Shown here: in pieces, positions 54,437 through 64,000 of the stretch
How the letters are laid out: each line of letters begins with the position of its first letter
Position numbering within the stretch: the first letter of the stretch is position 1
Source of the DNA: Chloroflexota bacterium
GTDB taxonomy: Bacteria; Chloroflexota; Limnocylindria; Limnocylindrales; CSP1-4
Direction of reading: 5' to 3'
Assembly (NCBI GenBank): GCA_042408445.1
Contig: JBHORC010000011.1
Location: 58,069-122,068 of the forward strand
DNA length: 64,000 nucleotides
The notes under the pieces: model-generated
Told to the model about the DNA's origin: nothing
The model's input: the letters and a program-made list of their open reading frames with translations, nothing else
The model's database searches: none
Program-made: the position numbers and the translations under genes

Positions 54437-54579
54437 CGCTCTCGGACCGCGACCGCGCGACGTCCGGACGAACCCGCGGCCGCCGGACGAGGCGGTGATC
54501 CGCCGGCGCGAGGCGCCGCGCCCGTACTTCCGTCCGGCTTCTTGGTGTCACCCGGCGGTGTTAGTCTCCGCCCGGTTCG

Positions 54580-55245
54580 ATGCGCCACGCCACACGTCCG
54601 GTGAGGGGGCCCGGGTCGCCGTCCGCGGCGGCCGGCTTCGGCGCGCGCCTCATGGCCGCCTCGATCGTCATCGTCCTTGTCACCGCCTGTGGCAGCTCGA
54701 CCGCTCCCGCATCGCCGACACCCGCCTCGACGCCGCTGCCGCAGCCAAGTGCGGATCCGCACCTCCACGCGCCCGCCTCGGCCGACCAGGTGTTCCTCGC
54801 CCTCGGCGGTGCGAACCTCGGCCTGGTCGCGACGAGCGCGAACGCCGGCCGCGGCCTGCCGGGCGTCGTGAAGGAGATCTATGCCGACGTCGGCAGCTGG
54901 CCGCTCCGGATCACCCAATACACGGATGCGACGGCGCTGCGCAACGTGGTCCACTGGAAGGCCGGCACCGCACCGGGTCGGAACGAAGCGCCGTACACGT
55001 TCGTCGGCCTGAACGTGCTGATCCAGTACGGGCCGCTCAGCGCGACGAAGGCACCTGCGCCACCGGACAGCAGCCGCCAGGCGCTGGCTGCCAAAATCGT
55101 GGCCGTGCTCGATCCGCTGCTCTCCCCGCTCGCCCAGCATTCGGTGATCGCCATCCCGACGCAGAGTGCTGCGCCCTCGGCCGCCCCGACGAAGGCGCCG
55201 AGCAAGGCTCCCGCGAAGACGCCGAAGCCGAGCAAGCAGCCGTGA
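54580..55245 (+). CDS. Hypothetical lipoprotein (start uncertain)
   Basis: IVIVLVTAC lipobox, Pro/Ser/Thr linker, Lys/Pro-rich tail. Confidence 0.7.
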   Translation: MRHATRPVRGPGSPSAAAGFGARLMAASIVIVLVTACGSSTAPASPTPASTPLPQPSADPHLHAPASADQVFLALGGANLGLVATSANAGRGLPGVVKEIYADVGSWPLRITQYTDATALRNVVHWKAGTAPGRNEAPYTFVGLNVLIQYGPLSATKAPAPPDSSRQALAAKIVAVLDPLLSPLAQHSVIAIPTQSAAPSAAPTKAPSKAPAKTPKPSKQP

Positions 55246-55724
55246 CCTCCGCGCGCCGGCCCGGTCGGGCCGGCGAGGACGTGTCCGAGCTGGACAAGCG
55301 GATCATCGAGCACCTCCAGCAGGACGGTCGCCGGCCGTTCACCCAGATCGCCGCCGATCTCGGCGTGTCCGAGGCCGCGGTCCGTGCCCGGACGAACCGC
55401 CTGGTCGACCGCGGGATCCTGCAGGTTGTCGGCGTCACGGATCCGCTGAAGCTCGGCTTCCAGCAGATGGCGATGATCGGGATCCGGTGCGAGGCGGACA
55501 AGCTGATGGACGTTGCGGCGCGCTGCGCCGAGATGTCCGAGGTCGACTACGTCGTGATCACCGCGGGGACGTACGACATCCTCGTCGAGACCGTGTGCGA
55601 GGACAACGAGGGATTGCTGCGCTTCCTCGCCGACCGGCTCCGGACGATCGACGGGGTCCGCGAGACCGAAACCTTCGTCTATCTCCGGATGGTCAAGCAG
55701 TCGTACCAGTGGGGGACGCGCTAG
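55242..55724 (+). CDS. Lrp/AsnC-family regulator
   Basis: ELDKRIIEHLQQDGRRPFTQIA..LGVSEAAVRAR, AGTYDI. Confidence 0.93.
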   Translation: MTSARRPGRAGEDVSELDKRIIEHLQQDGRRPFTQIAADLGVSEAAVRARTNRLVDRGILQVVGVTDPLKLGFQQMAMIGIRCEADKLMDVAARCAEMSEVDYVVITAGTYDILVETVCEDNEGLLRFLADRLRTIDGVRETETFVYLRMVKQSYQWGTR

Positions 55725-55901
55725 GCCCTCGTCCGGCCGCGGGCGCGACGGTCCGGGACGCGCCGCCGCGGTGCGCACCCGCCACGGAATCCCGCTCCCG
55801 GTGGCGCCGGCGAGGCCCTCCCCGGATCGACTCGCGAAGGTCAGCGGCTACGATGCGCATCCGGGACGGCTGTCCCGCTGTGCTCGAGGTCGAATCGCCC
55901 G

Positions 55902-57401
55902 GTGGAGCCGGTCCAGAGCCTGATCCTGCTCGCGATCATCGCCAACCTGGCGGTGATGGCCACGATCGTCGTGCCGATGCTGCTCGGCCGGCGCGGACCG
56001 CTGCCGTCCACCACCACCCCGTTCGATGTTGGCGAGCGACGTCGCCCGACCGCAGGCCACACAGCCGATTCGGCGATCGATCTGGGCGAGTTCGACGGCG
56101 TCTCGACGGGCGCCTACGACCGGGTCGTCCGGATCGTCTCGTGGATCTTCATCCTCGCCACGTCGACAATCGTCGCCCTGACGGGGCTCTGGCGCGATAC
56201 CCAGCCGGCGATCTTCGCCCTGCTCGGCGCGGCCGGCCTGTTCGTCGTCATCGTCCATGACCTGCTGCCGGCCGGCGCACTCGGCGCCGCCCGCTTCGTC
56301 CTCGAGGGGAGCGTCGCCCTCACGTTCGCGACGCTGCTCGTCGTCCTGACCGGTCGCGACGCGAGCCCGTTCTTCTTCACGTTCCCCCTGATCGTCGGCG
56401 GCGCCGCGCTCGTCGTGTCGCCGCGGATCACGTTCGCCCTGGCGGCCGCGGCGTGTCTCGCGTATCTCGTCGCGATCGCGCCACCGGGCACGGCCGGGAT
56501 CGCGCCGCAGACGATCGCCGTTGTCGGGATCAACATCACGGCGCTCGTCCTGCTGGCCTACGTGGCGACCGTCATCGCCCGCGAGCAGCGCCGCGGCCGG
56601 GACGCCGCGATCCGCCTCTCGACGATCGATCCGCTGACCGCGCTCTACAACCGGACGTACTTCTTCGCGGCGGTCGATCGCGAGATCGCCCGCAGCGCCC
56701 GCTCCGGACGCGGCTTCTGCCTCCTGATGATGGATCTCGACGAGCTCAAGCAGATCAACGACCGGCACGGCCACTTCTTCGGCGACCGCGTCCTGCGCGG
56801 CGTCGGCGAGGTGATCCAGTCCGGCAGCCGCCGGATCGACACGGCCGCCCGGTACGGCGGCGACGAGTTCGTCGTCCTTCTGCCGGAGACGGACCCGAGC
56901 GGCGCCTTCGTCCTCGCCGAGAAGATCCGCCAGGAGGTCGCGGACCTGCGGGTGATCCTCGCCGGCAGCGAGATCCGGCCGTCGGTCTCCATCGGTGTCG
57001 TGAGCTTCCCCGAGGACGGCCGAACGAGCGACGAGCTGATGATCACCGCGGACCGGTCGATGTACCGCTCGAAGCGGGCCGGCAAGAACCGGGTCACGGG
57101 TGTCTCGATGCCCGGACCCGAGGACGAGGCCGGCGACGGCTCGATGGACGACGACGCCGCGGGCGAGTCCGATGAGGGGGACGGCGACGTGGGCGAGCCG
57201 GTGTTCCTCGGCAGCTCGGGGTCCACGCCGGCCGCCGCTCGAACGCATTCGAACCCGTCGGTCGTGGACGCCCAGGCCGACGCGCGGGAGGGGCAAGGTT
57301 CCGCCGGTGACGGCCGTCGCGGCCGCCCGGCGGACGGCGTCGCCCCGGGTCCGGGATCGCGAGGGAACCGCTCGCGCAAGCGTCCGGACGACTCGGTGTA
57401 G
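55902..57401 (+). CDS. Membrane-bound diguanylate cyclase
   Basis: TM region, DPLT.LYNR, DLD.LK.IND..GH..GD, RxxD I-site plus GGDEF; acidic disordered tail. Confidence 0.92.
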   Translation: MEPVQSLILLAIIANLAVMATIVVPMLLGRRGPLPSTTTPFDVGERRRPTAGHTADSAIDLGEFDGVSTGAYDRVVRIVSWIFILATSTIVALTGLWRDTQPAIFALLGAAGLFVVIVHDLLPAGALGAARFVLEGSVALTFATLLVVLTGRDASPFFFTFPLIVGGAALVVSPRITFALAAAACLAYLVAIAPPGTAGIAPQTIAVVGINITALVLLAYVATVIAREQRRGRDAAIRLSTIDPLTALYNRTYFFAAVDREIARSARSGRGFCLLMMDLDELKQINDRHGHFFGDRVLRGVGEVIQSGSRRIDTAARYGGDEFVVLLPETDPSGAFVLAEKIRQEVADLRVILAGSEIRPSVSIGVVSFPEDGRTSDELMITADRSMYRSKRAGKNRVTGVSMPGPEDEAGDGSMDDDAAGESDEGDGDVGEPVFLGSSGSTPAAARTHSNPSVVDAQADAREGQGSAGDGRRGRPADGVAPGPGSRGNRSRKRPDDSV

Positions 57402-57411
57402 GATCGGCCGG

Positions 57412-58710
57412 ATGGCCGATCACTCCCCGGATCCCGACGCCGCGGACCCGCGCGCCCGCCGCGCCAGCGGCCCGCGGGGCTTCGCGACCCGGGCGATCCG
57501 CGCGGCCCACCGGCTACCCGTCGTCGACCAGCGGCCCACGTCCGTCCCGATCTACCAGACGGTGACGTTCAGCGCCGCGGACGCCGAGGAGCTCGGCGCG
57601 GTGGCGAATCGCGAGGTTCCGGGCTACGCCTACGGCCGCCTCGACAACCCGACCGTCGTGGCCTTCGCGGCCGCGGTCGCCGAGCTCGAGGGCGCCGAAG
57701 CCGGCTTCGCGTTCGCGTCGGGGATGGCCGGCATCCACGCCGCACTCGGGACGCTGCTCCGGGCCGGCGACCGCGTCGTCGCGACCCAGGCCTCGTACGG
57801 CACGACGCGGGCCCAGCTCCTGAATGTGTTCGGCCGGCTGGGCGTGACCGCGGTCTTCGTCGACGTCACGGATCTCGCGGCGGTCGAGGCCGCGCTCGCC
57901 GCGGCGCCGACCCGCGTCCTCTACGCGGAGTCGATCGCGAACCCGACGATCGTGGTCGCCGACCACGTCGCCCTCGCCGACCTCGCCCATCGGTACGGCG
58001 CCTCGTACATCGTCGACAACACGTTCGCGTCGCCGTATCTCTGCCGGCCCATCGAGCTGGGCGCGGACCTCGTCTGCGAGTCGGCCACGAAGTACCTGTC
58101 CGGGCACTCGGACGTCATGGCCGGCGTGGTCGTCGGCTCCGCAGCGCTCGTCGACCGGGTGCGGGACTTCCAGGTCGACACGGGGGCGAGCCTCGATCCC
58201 CACGCCGCGTTCCTTGCGATGCGCGGCCTTTCCACGCTCGCCTTGCGGATGGAGCGCCATTCGGCGACCGCGACGACGCTGGCCGCCTGGCTGCAGGCCC
58301 AGGACGGCGTGACGCGGGTCTGGCATCCGTCGCTGCCGTCGCATCCGCAGTCCGAGGTCGCCTCGCGGCAGCTCAGCCGTGGCGGCGGCATGCTCGCGTT
58401 CGAGGTCGCCGGCGGGCGACGGGCCGGCGAGGCCGTCATCGATGCCCTCACGATCCCGGAGCGCACGGCGTCCCTGGGCAGCGTGTTCACGATCGTCGCC
58501 CATCCGCCGTCGACGACGCATCGCCAGCTCGACGATGCGGCGCTCGCGGCCGCCGGCATCACCGCGGGTCTCCTGCGCTGCTCGGTGGGGCTCGAGGATG
58601 TCGACGACCTGATCGCCGATTTCGAGCAGGCGCTCGAGGCCGCGCGAGCGGCGGCGGGACGCCCCGGCGCCGCGGCGCCGCTCGGCCTCGGCGAGCCGGC
58701 CGGCGTCTGA
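57412..58710 (+). CDS. PLP-dependent trans-sulfuration enzyme (cystathionine/methionine gamma-lyase family)
   Basis: PIYQT, YGRLDNPT, ASGMA, VDNTF, SATKYLSGHSD, SVGLED. Confidence 0.93.
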   Translation: MADHSPDPDAADPRARRASGPRGFATRAIRAAHRLPVVDQRPTSVPIYQTVTFSAADAEELGAVANREVPGYAYGRLDNPTVVAFAAAVAELEGAEAGFAFASGMAGIHAALGTLLRAGDRVVATQASYGTTRAQLLNVFGRLGVTAVFVDVTDLAAVEAALAAAPTRVLYAESIANPTIVVADHVALADLAHRYGASYIVDNTFASPYLCRPIELGADLVCESATKYLSGHSDVMAGVVVGSAALVDRVRDFQVDTGASLDPHAAFLAMRGLSTLALRMERHSATATTLAAWLQAQDGVTRVWHPSLPSHPQSEVASRQLSRGGGMLAFEVAGGRRAGEAVIDALTIPERTASLGSVFTIVAHPPSTTHRQLDDAALAAAGITAGLLRCSVGLEDVDDLIADFEQALEAARAAAGRPGAAAPLGLGEPAGV

Positions 58711-58741
58711 TCGGACCGGAGGTCGCGTCATCGCCAGTCCC

Positions 58742-60196
58742 GTGACGACCTGGGCCGATTCGGCTCGGCCGCCGCGCCCCGACGTGTTCGAGCGGCTCGG
58801 CCGCGTCGTCCTTCGCCTGTTCACGTCGGTCGACTTCGCCGTCGTCCAGATCATCGTCCTGTCGCTGCTCGCGGTCGTCGGGATGACGATCCGGCAGCTG
58901 CCCGGGTTCGCGTTCCGGTCGGCCGGCGACTACCAGACGGCGATGGCCGACATCCACGCCCGCTACGACGGCGTGTTCGGTCGTGGCCTCGTCGACGCGA
59001 TGGAGCGCCTCCAGGTCTTCCACATCTTCTCGTCGACCTGGTTCACCCTCGGGCTCGTCGTCCTCGTCGTGTCGATCATCGTCTGCACCCTGGAGCGGAC
59101 GCCGAAGCTCTACCGCCAGGCGGCGGAGATCCGGGTCGTCCAGCCCGACGCGTTCTACGACCCGGCGCTGCCCGACCGCGCGGCGATGACCGGCGTCACG
59201 GCGGACGACGTCCGCGCCGCGCTGCGCCGGCAGCGGTTCCACGTCCGCGAGGCGGAGGCCGACGGGACCAGCTACCTGTACGGCGACCGGCATCGCTGGA
59301 CGAAGCTGGCGACGCTGTTCACCCACCTCGGGCTGATCCTGTTCCTCGTCGCGGCGGTCGTGACGTGGCGGCTCGGCGACGAGCAGGGCCTCGTGATCGC
59401 CGAGGGTGATTCGCTGACCGTCCAGCCGGTCGGGACGCCGGACCTCCTGCTCGTCAAGAACTACGACTTCGAGGCGCCCGGCTTCCTTCAGACGGGCCAG
59501 GCGACGGACTTCACGACCGATCTGGGCGTGTTCCAGAACGGCCGCGAGATCGCCCGGAAGACGATCCGCGTGAACGACCCGCTGACGGTCGATGGCTACT
59601 CGTTCCATCAGAACGCGTTCGGCCCCGCGCCGGACCTCGTGATCACCGGCTCGGACGGCAAGCCGCTGTGGGACGGTCCGGTGCCCCTCACGGACCAGGC
59701 GTCCGGCTTCCCGTACGGCTCGATGACCGTGCCGGGCCGCGATGTCGGGCTCCAGCTCCTCCTGCAGCGGAACAGCGACGGGACGGGCGAGGTCCTCGTC
59801 GTCCCGTACGCGGTCAACGGCACGGAGGCGGACGGCTCGCCGCACTACGACAACTTCGAGCCGGTGGTCGTCTCGGCCGGCGAGGCGCGTGTGCCGCCCG
59901 GCCAGGACTTCTCCGTGGGCGTTCGGCGGTTCACGGACTACGCCCTGATCATCGCCAAGAAGGACCCGGGGCAGGGGATCGTCTGGGCGGCGTTCGGGTT
60001 CCTGATCGCCGGGATCGGGATCACGTTCTACCTGCCGCGGCGACGGATCTGGGCGAAGCTCACGCCGGCCGGTGCGCTCTCGATCGTCGCCCGGTCGGAC
60101 CGCTACGTGGACGTGGAGCGCGAGTTCGGCCGGCTGCTCGACGACCTCGTCGCCCGCCGCCGAGCTGCTACTACTCCGGGCCCGGCGACCGGCTGA
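58742..60196 (+). CDS. resB: Cytochrome c biogenesis protein ResB/CcsB
   Basis: FSSTWF, THLGLILFL, IRVNDPL, KKDPG..IVW, FYLPRRRIW. Confidence 0.85.
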   Translation: MTTWADSARPPRPDVFERLGRVVLRLFTSVDFAVVQIIVLSLLAVVGMTIRQLPGFAFRSAGDYQTAMADIHARYDGVFGRGLVDAMERLQVFHIFSSTWFTLGLVVLVVSIIVCTLERTPKLYRQAAEIRVVQPDAFYDPALPDRAAMTGVTADDVRAALRRQRFHVREAEADGTSYLYGDRHRWTKLATLFTHLGLILFLVAAVVTWRLGDEQGLVIAEGDSLTVQPVGTPDLLLVKNYDFEAPGFLQTGQATDFTTDLGVFQNGREIARKTIRVNDPLTVDGYSFHQNAFGPAPDLVITGSDGKPLWDGPVPLTDQASGFPYGSMTVPGRDVGLQLLLQRNSDGTGEVLVVPYAVNGTEADGSPHYDNFEPVVVSAGEARVPPGQDFSVGVRRFTDYALIIAKKDPGQGIVWAAFGFLIAGIGITFYLPRRRIWAKLTPAGALSIVARSDRYVDVEREFGRLLDDLVARRRAATTPGPATG

Positions 60197-60250
60197 CGTC
60201 GCCGCGCGGACGCGGTCGCATCCGCGCCCGCCGGACCTGCCACTCTGCGG

Positions 60251-61807
60251 GTGATGGCGACGATCGAGGCGCTCCGCGCGGCCGTGGCTCCCGAGGCGCG
60301 CTGGATCGTGCCACCCAACGGCGACGCGGGCGACGTCGCCTGGGTGCGGCTCATGCGGGCCCGCGTCCCGGCGTTCGACGCGCTCGAGGCCGGCGACCTC
60401 GCGATCGTCCCGGTGGCCGCGCTCGCGGTCGTCGCCCCGGACGACGACGCCGTGGCGGCGCTCGTCCGCTCGGCGGCCGAGACGGAGCTCGCCGGCGTGG
60501 TTCTCGTGCGGGACGCGTCGGACGCCCGGCCATCCACCGTGGACGCGTTCATTGCCGCAGCCCGGACGGCCGGATTGCCGGTCCTGGACGCCGCGGCCGG
60601 CGACGCCGTCGCCATCGAGCGGGCGGCGATCGACTTCCTCGTCCGGCACCGCGCCGAGCTCGATCGCGAGGCGACGGCGCTCGAGACGCGTCTTGCCCAG
60701 GTGGCGCTCGCCGATGGCGGTGCGCAGGAGTTCGCCGCGGCGATCGCCGGATTCCTGACGCGCGCCATCGCCATCGAGGGCGCGGACGGTGCGCCGCTCG
60801 CTGTCCATGCCCCACCCGATGCGCCAGGCGCTCCTGCCGCCGCGGCGGCCTACGCGCGGCGACCGCGCCACGCCGCCGTCCGCGTCCCGCTCGCGTTCGA
60901 GGGCGGACCGCCTGCCGTCGGGAGCCTGGCCCTGCTCGGTGACGCTCCGGCGACGGAGCTGGAGCGGGCGACGCTCGGGCGGATCGTTCGCTTCCTCGCC
61001 CTCGAGATGGCCCGGCAGGGTCGGGGCGTGGGTGGCACCGCCGGACGCCAGGAGGCGTTGCCCGGCGACGGGCCGCCGTGGGTCGTGATCGTGGCGCGCC
61101 AGGTCGAGCTGGATGGCGGCGCTGGCGACCACGCCGGCGATGGCCGGGCGGTGGCCGTCCGGCCGGAGAGAGGCGCTCCGCCGGCCGGCGATCCCGCGGT
61201 CAGGGCCCGCGAGGCGGTCCGACGCGGGATTCGGGCGATCGCCCCCGGCCGTCGGATGGCGCTCCGCGGCGACGCGCTCAGCGTCGAGCTCCGGGTCGTC
61301 GCCGCCGCGCCGGAGCGGGACGATCCGGCCGGGCTGCTCCTCGCCGAGCGCGTGGCGACGTTCCTCGGACGATCCGTGGCGGTGTCGCGGCCCTTCACGG
61401 ACCCGGCAGGCCGCCCCACCGCCGAAGCGGATGCGCGGGTGACGCTTGAGGCGATCGAGACGCTCCTGACCCCGCCGCGCGTCGCCCGGGCGGATCGGCT
61501 GCCCGCATACCGGCTCCTGGGCAGCCTTCGCCACCTCCCGGACGGCGAGCGCCAGGCGCGGTTGCTCCTTGCGCCGCTGCTCGGCGGCCGGGCCGACGTC
61601 CGCCGCGAGCGGCTGGACACGCTTCGCGCCGTCCTCGATCACCCCGATGCCGCCGAGGCCGCAGCCGCCCTCGGCGTCCACCGGAACACGATCGCCTACC
61701 GCGTTCGCCGGATCGAGGAAGCGACCGGCTGGCGGCTCAACGATCCCGAGCTTCGCCTCCCACTCGCGCTCGCGCTACGACTTGTGCACGAAGAACAAGT
61801 TCGCTGA
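60251..61807 (+). CDS. PucR/CdaR-family transcriptional regulator
   Basis: N-terminal PucR-like region; C-terminal AAAALGVHRNTIAYRVRRIEE HTH. Confidence 0.88.
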   Translation: MMATIEALRAAVAPEARWIVPPNGDAGDVAWVRLMRARVPAFDALEAGDLAIVPVAALAVVAPDDDAVAALVRSAAETELAGVVLVRDASDARPSTVDAFIAAARTAGLPVLDAAAGDAVAIERAAIDFLVRHRAELDREATALETRLAQVALADGGAQEFAAAIAGFLTRAIAIEGADGAPLAVHAPPDAPGAPAAAAAYARRPRHAAVRVPLAFEGGPPAVGSLALLGDAPATELERATLGRIVRFLALEMARQGRGVGGTAGRQEALPGDGPPWVVIVARQVELDGGAGDHAGDGRAVAVRPERGAPPAGDPAVRAREAVRRGIRAIAPGRRMALRGDALSVELRVVAAAPERDDPAGLLLAERVATFLGRSVAVSRPFTDPAGRPTAEADARVTLEAIETLLTPPRVARADRLPAYRLLGSLRHLPDGERQARLLLAPLLGGRADVRRERLDTLRAVLDHPDAAEAAAALGVHRNTIAYRVRRIEEATGWRLNDPELRLPLALALRLVHEEQVR

Positions 61808-61846
61808 ACCACAAGGCCCGATCGCGGCGACGACCGGCGCTATGCT
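61782..61846 (+). promoter_or_regulatory. Candidate PucR operator and -10 element of glnA
   Basis: TTGTGC-N5-GAACAA 61782-61798, second CCACAA half-site 61809-61814, TATGCT 61841-61846. Confidence 0.5.
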
Positions 61847-61860
61847 GACGGGCAAGCGGC

Positions 61861-63279
<1,419 letters not shown>

Positions 63280-63334
63280 CGGCCGTGATCCAGCAACGAC
63301 GAATGGGATCCACAGCGAGGAAGCGAGGAGGGAC

Positions 63335-64000
63335 ATGACCGCACGGGACACCGCGATCGCCGCGATCGCCAGCCAGCGGGTCGGGGCGACCCAGGACTAC
63401 ATGGAGCACGCCGGGGAGGAGATCTTCGGCCAGTACGTCTTCCACGAGGTCGCCCAGCGGCAGTACCTCCCCAAGCCGATCTTCGAGGGCCTCCGCCGGA
63501 CGATCGCCGGCCTCCAGCCGTTCGATGCCGTCATCGCCGACGCGGTCGCCCACGGCGTGAAGGAATGGGCGATGTCGCACGGCGCGACGCACTTCACCCA
63601 CTGGTTCGTGCCGATGACCGGCTCGACCGCCGAGAAGCACGACTCGTTCCTGAACCCGACCGGCGACGGCCGGACGATCGCCGAGTTCTCCGGCAAGAAC
63701 CTGATCCAGGGCGAGCCAGACGCGTCGTCGTTCCCGTCCGGCGGCATCCGCGCCACCTTCGAGGCCCGCGGCTACACCGCCTGGGACGTCACCTCGCCGA
63801 TCTTCCTCCAGGTCGAGCCGAACGGCGTCACGATGACGATCCCGACGGCCTACGTCTCGTTCACCGGCGAGGCGCTGGACCACAAGATCCCGCTCCTCCG
63901 CTCGCAGGAGGCGCTCGGCAAGCAGGCGCTTCGCGTCCTCCGCTGGTTCGGCAACTCGGCCGCGTCACGCGTGTTCACGACGATCGGGCCGGAGCAGGAG
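63335..64000 (+). CDS. Type III glutamine synthetase, 3' truncated by window edge (absent from the ORF track)
   Basis: GAGGAGG RBS, ATG 63335; [60 protein letters not shown]. Confidence 0.95.
   Translation, partial: MTARDTAIAAIASQRVGATQDYMEHAGEEIFGQYVFHEVAQRQYLPKPIFEGLRRTIAGLQPFDAVIADAVAHGVKEWAMSHGATHFTHWFVPMTGSTAEKHDSFLNPTGDGRTIAEFSGKNLIQGEPDASSFPSGGIRATFEARGYTAWDVTSPIFLQVEPNGVTMTIPTAYVSFTGEALDHKIPLLRSQEALGKQALRVLRWFGNSAASRVFTTIGPEQE

Overview
Very GC-rich (by eye about 70%) bacterial chromosomal segment. The gene repertoire (F420-type enzymes, DosS/DosR-like pair, many apparently leaderless genes) suggests a soil Chloroflexota (Limnocylindria-like) or actinobacterium-like organism; this taxonomy is inference only. 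About 60 CDSs and one tRNA-Pro(TGG) are supported. No CRISPR, integrase, transposase or rRNA was found. The main signal is a candidate hypoxia regulon: a DosS/DosR-like two-component pair plus a recurring 14-bp palindrome (GGGCC-N4-G[G/T]CCC-like) at eight promoter regions, in tandem pairs 22-23 bp apart at most of them and centred about 42 bp upstream of the predicted start at seven. Its apparent targets are a group 3b [NiFe]-hydrogenase with fused beta-gamma subunits, a divergent split PFOR with a CBS gene between its halves, a CoA-transferase, a membrane protein followed by a flavodoxin, a two-domain multicopper oxidase/USP, DoxX, EamA-DUF6390, and a distant DsrE-TusA-DsrE-TusA-SQR sulfur relay. 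Other highlights: a 51-bp duplicated remnant of an ABC binding-protein 3' end flanking a MerR/LLM pair, a MalT-like STAND cassette with a palindromic operator, a DUF4242-adenylate cyclase, a large secreted repeat protein, and adjacent GSI and GSIII glutamine synthetases behind a PucR regulator. All family calls come from motif recognition by eye, not from database searches.
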